Virus record (IMG/VR): IMGVR_UViG_3300003873_000007
Location: 28,281 to 92,280 of that record
Strand: one strand, 5' to 3'
DNA length: 64,000 bases
DNA from: a virus
Made by a program: the position numbers and the translations under genes. Each line of letters begins with the position of its first letter. Within the stretch, counting starts at the first letter, position 1. Under the pieces are notes generated by a model. It was not told where the DNA came from. It searched no databases and was given only the letters and a program-made list of their open reading frames with translations. This document shows positions 60,341 through 64,000 of the stretch, one piece after another.

Positions 60341-61046
60341 TAAATATATTAAAAAAGGGAAAATTTCAAAAAAAATAAGATATATGATAGATCGCGATAA
60401 TGAACAATATCAAATAATAAAAAAATATTCAAAAAGTAATGGTATAATTTTTAAAAATTATAAATTTGCAGCAGAAGTCTATTGTTATATAAACAATATT
60501 AAATTTCCGAGATGCAAAGTTTGTAAAAATATAGTAAGATTTGTATCGACTATTTCAGGATTTAAAAAGTATTGTAGTTCAAAATGTAGAGCTAAAGACA
60601 AACATTGGCGCGTTCAACATTCTAAAATGTGGAAACTTAAAAATATCGATAAAAACAAAACAAGACAATCATACAGAAGTAATAATAAAGAATTGTTTAA
60701 AAGATATTCTAGAAAATATTTTAAAACAGAAAAAGGGTTGTTGCAAAAAAGAGTTCAAAATGCAAAAAGACGAGCTATGCGAAAAAAAGTAAAAGAAAAT
60801 TTTTCGGCTAATGATCGATTAAATGTGTTTAAAAGATTTAATTTTAAATGTTTTAATTGTTTATCTACTAAACAATTAGAGATTGATCATCATTTGGCGT
60901 TAAGTACAGGAACTCCTCTTACAAATGGCAACGCTGTATTATTGTGCAAAAAATGTAATGTTTCTAAATCGAATATTCATCCATCAAATTTTTATGATAA
61001 TAATAAATTAAAACTATTATTTATCAAATATAATATAGGTTTATAA
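60261..61046 (+). CDS. HNH homing endonuclease-like protein
   Basis: CKVC..YCSSKC finger; CFNC...LEIDH......G.....N...LCKKCN.SK; overlaps the end of the polB fragment. Confidence 0.8.
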   Translation: MVLNCSNKLQVINLKLNELKFKVLPVNKYIKKGKISKKIRYMIDRDNEQYQIIKKYSKSNGIIFKNYKFAAEVYCYINNIKFPRCKVCKNIVRFVSTISGFKKYCSSKCRAKDKHWRVQHSKMWKLKNIDKNKTRQSYRSNNKELFKRYSRKYFKTEKGLLQKRVQNAKRRAMRKKVKENFSANDRLNVFKRFNFKCFNCLSTKQLEIDHHLALSTGTPLTNGNAVLLCKKCNVSKSNIHPSNFYDNNKLKLLFIKYNIGL

Positions 61047-61532
61047 AGGAAAAATAAATGACAAAACTAGAAGAATATCAAGCAAAGAAGAATCAAATTA
61101 ATGCCGAGATTGAAAAGGTAAATAGGGATATAATCTTAACAGAGCAGTCTATAAAAACAAATGAAGATTTGTTTCTACAACAATTTGGTACAACTAATAT
61201 CGAAGAATTAAAAGTGATTGCACAACAATACCAAGACACAATAATAGCAAAAGAAGCTGAATTGCAAGTATTGGAACAATCATGAGAATTGAAACAAAAG
61301 CAGATATTGGAAATACTGTTTATTTCATGGAAAATAATAAAATACAATCCGCAGACATCCATGAAATTTCAGCAAAAGTCTTCTCAGATGGGACGAATTT
61401 ATCTAAAATTAAATATAAAACAAAATATCAAAACGGAGGAATGAATTCCGCATGGCTTCTTGAAGAGGAAGTTTTTTTAACAAAAGAATTGTTATTAGAG
61501 AATTTATTAAAGGCTTAATTAAAGGATTAATT

Positions 61533-62789
61533 TTGAAGAAAATGTTAATTTTTGTAGACACAAAGAATAATAGAAACAAGTATTATCAATTAGAATTAAT
61601 TGGAGATACTGTTCATGTTGAATATGGTCGAGTTGGAAGCTCACCACAAAAAACATCTTATTCAGGTGGTGAAAAGATGTTTAATAAAAAAATGAAAGAG
61701 AAAATTAAAAAGGGGTACACAGAAGCAAAAGTTGATTTAGAATTATTAGAAGAAACATCTGATAGAAAAGGTAATATTTTAGAGATTGCTATGGAACAGA
61801 TTAAAACAGATGATGTAAGTAAACTTTTTATCGACACCATAGTTAAGCAAAATATTCATAATATCACAAGTAATACAAAAATAAAATATGATATAAAAAC
61901 AGGTTATTTTAAAACAGCTTTAGGTATTATAACAAAAGAAGGTGTCGAAGAAGCAATTAATTTATTAGAGTTAATTGATACTTTTCAAGATAGTATGGGA
62001 AAATTATCAGATATAAAATATGATGAATTTGTAAGATTAAATGAACAATATTTTAGCATAATTCCTACAAAAATTAAAGATCTTCGTAATTACAAGAATC
62101 TTTTAATTACTAATAAAAAAGTAGAAGAACAATTAGATATATGTACATCTTTATTAAAATCTTTAGATATTATCAATTCAGAGAAATCAATAAAGAATGA
62201 TAATTCTTCAAATAAAGTAGATAAAATATTTAGTGCAAGTGTGCTACATTTAAAAGATAAAGTTGAATATAAACGATTAGAAAAGTTGTTTAATAATTCA
62301 AAGAATAATAGGCATGGTCATAATTCTTATAAAATAAGTAATATTTTTAAGGTAAGTCTTGGTAAAGAGGAAGAAAATTACAGATATGATTTAAATAATC
62401 AAATGGAATTATTTCATGGAACGAGAGTAGCTAATTTATTGAGTATTTTAAAAAGTGGTTTGTTAATGCCAAAATATAGTCCAGGTCAAAGTACTGGTTA
62501 TATGTTTGGACAAGGTTTATATTTTGCAAATCAAAGTACAAAAAGTTTAAATTATTGTGATGGTATGTACTGGAACAATTCACAAAAAAAGGATAAAATC
62601 TATATGTTTATTGCTGATGTAGCATTAGGTAATTATCAAGTACCTAGTAGAAGCAGAAGTAAAAAACCAGATAAAGGGTATGACTCATATTGGGCACAGC
62701 CAGGTAAGAGTGGAATACAGAATGATGAAATGATTGTGTTCAACAATGATCAAATTAAATTAAAATATATATTGGAGATTACAAAATGA
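61533..62789 (+). CDS. PARP-like ADP-ribosyltransferase (WGR, helical and catalytic domains; TTG start)
   Basis: NRNKYYQL...YGRVG (WGR), YFSIIP (regulatory domain), LFHGT, GYMFGQGLYFA, NDEMIVF (H-Y-E triad). Confidence 0.9.
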   Translation: MKKMLIFVDTKNNRNKYYQLELIGDTVHVEYGRVGSSPQKTSYSGGEKMFNKKMKEKIKKGYTEAKVDLELLEETSDRKGNILEIAMEQIKTDDVSKLFIDTIVKQNIHNITSNTKIKYDIKTGYFKTALGIITKEGVEEAINLLELIDTFQDSMGKLSDIKYDEFVRLNEQYFSIIPTKIKDLRNYKNLLITNKKVEEQLDICTSLLKSLDIINSEKSIKNDNSSNKVDKIFSASVLHLKDKVEYKRLEKLFNNSKNNRHGHNSYKISNIFKVSLGKEEENYRYDLNNQMELFHGTRVANLLSILKSGLLMPKYSPGQSTGYMFGQGLYFANQSTKSLNYCDGMYWNNSQKKDKIYMFIADVALGNYQVPSRSRSKKPDKGYDSYWAQPGKSGIQNDEMIVFNNDQIKLKYILEITK

Positions 62790-63651
62790 CTTACGGTTTA
62801 AATAAAGAAGAGAACTTAAAAATTTTTAAAAGAATGGATGGTTTAAAAGACATAGATTTATACAATTTTGTATGGACAGTTACACGAGAAGAAGAATTAT
62901 ATAGAACATGTTTGAGTGATTATAAGTTATTCTCTGAAAATAACAAAGTTAAACCAGATGAATATGGTGTATTAGATTCAATTAATCAGTTCTTTAAATC
63001 TCTTAAAACAGATAATGTTAATAATGATAAAATAGAAGATGTTTCAAATTATGTTGATAAATTTCGAGATTTAATTTTATCAAATTCTAAAATTAAAAAA
63101 GCTGCACATGCATTAAATATTAGTGATGATAAACTTCTAGCGGAAATTGATGAAAATTTTATATCAATTGTTAATGTATTAAAAAATAAAATTATTGATA
63201 AAAATAAAGATAGACCAGAATTTATAAAAGAGTTCATAAAAGAATTTAATGATAGTAATTTATTATCTATTTTAGAGGGAAGTCCTATATTATTAGAATT
63301 CAAAAAAACTTTAATAGAACTCGATTTAATATCATCTGATGTATCTAATCCTATTAAATCGGGAATTCGAAAACTTATTATTTTAGATAAAGAAAACACT
63401 AGAACTAAAATTAATAATCAAATGTTAGAATTAGCTAATGCTGTTATAACTTTGGTATATGATAAGATTTCATCATTTGGAGATTATAATAAATCAGATT
63501 TTAATTTTGCTCTAGATCAACATCGAAAACGGGAAATTAATTTATTTGTTGGACAAGCAATTGCATTAAAATCAACAATTGAAATGTTAGATATTAGAGT
63601 AGAAGATATTGGACATAAAATGCTATCATATTTAATTGAGCAGCAAGTATA

Positions 63652-64000
63652 ATGGTATTTGAATTCATTACAATGAAAGATCCTCATCTTTCATTTGGAT
63701 TCCAAAACCGTATTAGAAAAAATTACGAAAAAGCTATTACTAATAAATTAAATTTTATAAAGGATTATAGTGTAAAGAATAATATTGTACATTGTATATT
63801 TACAGGAGATGTTTTTGATTCAAGCACAGAAGATAAATGGTCATTTAAAAAATATAGAAAAAACAAAAGAGTTTTAGAATCATTTAAATCACAGGGATTA
63901 CAATTATTTTCAAATGTGGGAAATCATGATATGTTTCATGGCTATGAGGGATCAGATGAAACTATTTTTGGTGAGATGGTACATGATAAAATTTTATCAT
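63652..64000 (+). CDS. Metallophosphoesterase, Mre11/SbcD/gp47-like (runs off the window)
   Basis: Manual translation: MVFEFITMKDPH..., FTGDVFD, VGNHD. Confidence 0.8.
   Translation, partial: MVFEFITMKDPHLSFGFQNRIRKNYEKAITNKLNFIKDYSVKNNIVHCIFTGDVFDSSTEDKWSFKKYRKNKRVLESFKSQGLQLFSNVGNHDMFHGYEGSDETIFGEMVHDKILS

Noticed and set aside
4182-63399. The other minus-strand ORFs in the track
   Set aside because: All overlap well-supported + strand genes and show no recognisable motifs
1-64000. Bacterial chromosome origin, tRNA or rRNA genes
   Set aside because: Divergent split RNAP, T4-like replication genes and dense single-strand hypothetical ORFs indicate a phage; no tRNA- or rRNA-like GC-rich segments were seen

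Overview
A very AT-rich, gene-dense segment with all credible genes on the + strand, most likely from a large (jumbo-type) tailed phage. AAGGA(A) ribosome-binding sites and the endonuclease and QueD types are compatible with a Campylobacterota host, but that is inference. The window is a replication, transcription and DNA-modification region. It encodes RecJ-like exonuclease (partial), a putative sliding clamp and a clamp loader, and its own multisubunit RNA polymerase (one beta' gene, beta split in two). It also encodes a two-subunit type II topoisomerase, ATP-dependent DNA ligase, Rnl2-type RNA ligase, SSB and an Mre11/SbcD-like nuclease (partial). A complete 7-deazaguanine DNA-modification set is present (folE, queD, intein-containing queE, Gat-QueC, TGT/DpdA-like), along with a stand-alone GGDEF protein, a DHH phosphoesterase, a WGR-PARP and seven free-standing homing-endonuclease-like ORFs. 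The most striking feature is a family-B DNA polymerase broken into four genes in scrambled order. Its catalytic motif C (YADTD/S) appears to be rebuilt only by protein trans-splicing of a split intein whose halves flank an out-of-frame endonuclease gene. Non-coding signals include a recurrent palindrome (core ATCTTTATCGATAAAGAT, 8 copies), a bipartite motif with an exact 14-nt spacer that may be the phage RNAP promoter, a ~100-nt hairpin ahead of the RNAP operon and a possible pseudoknot ahead of ssb. All calls come from motif recognition by eye; no searches were run.
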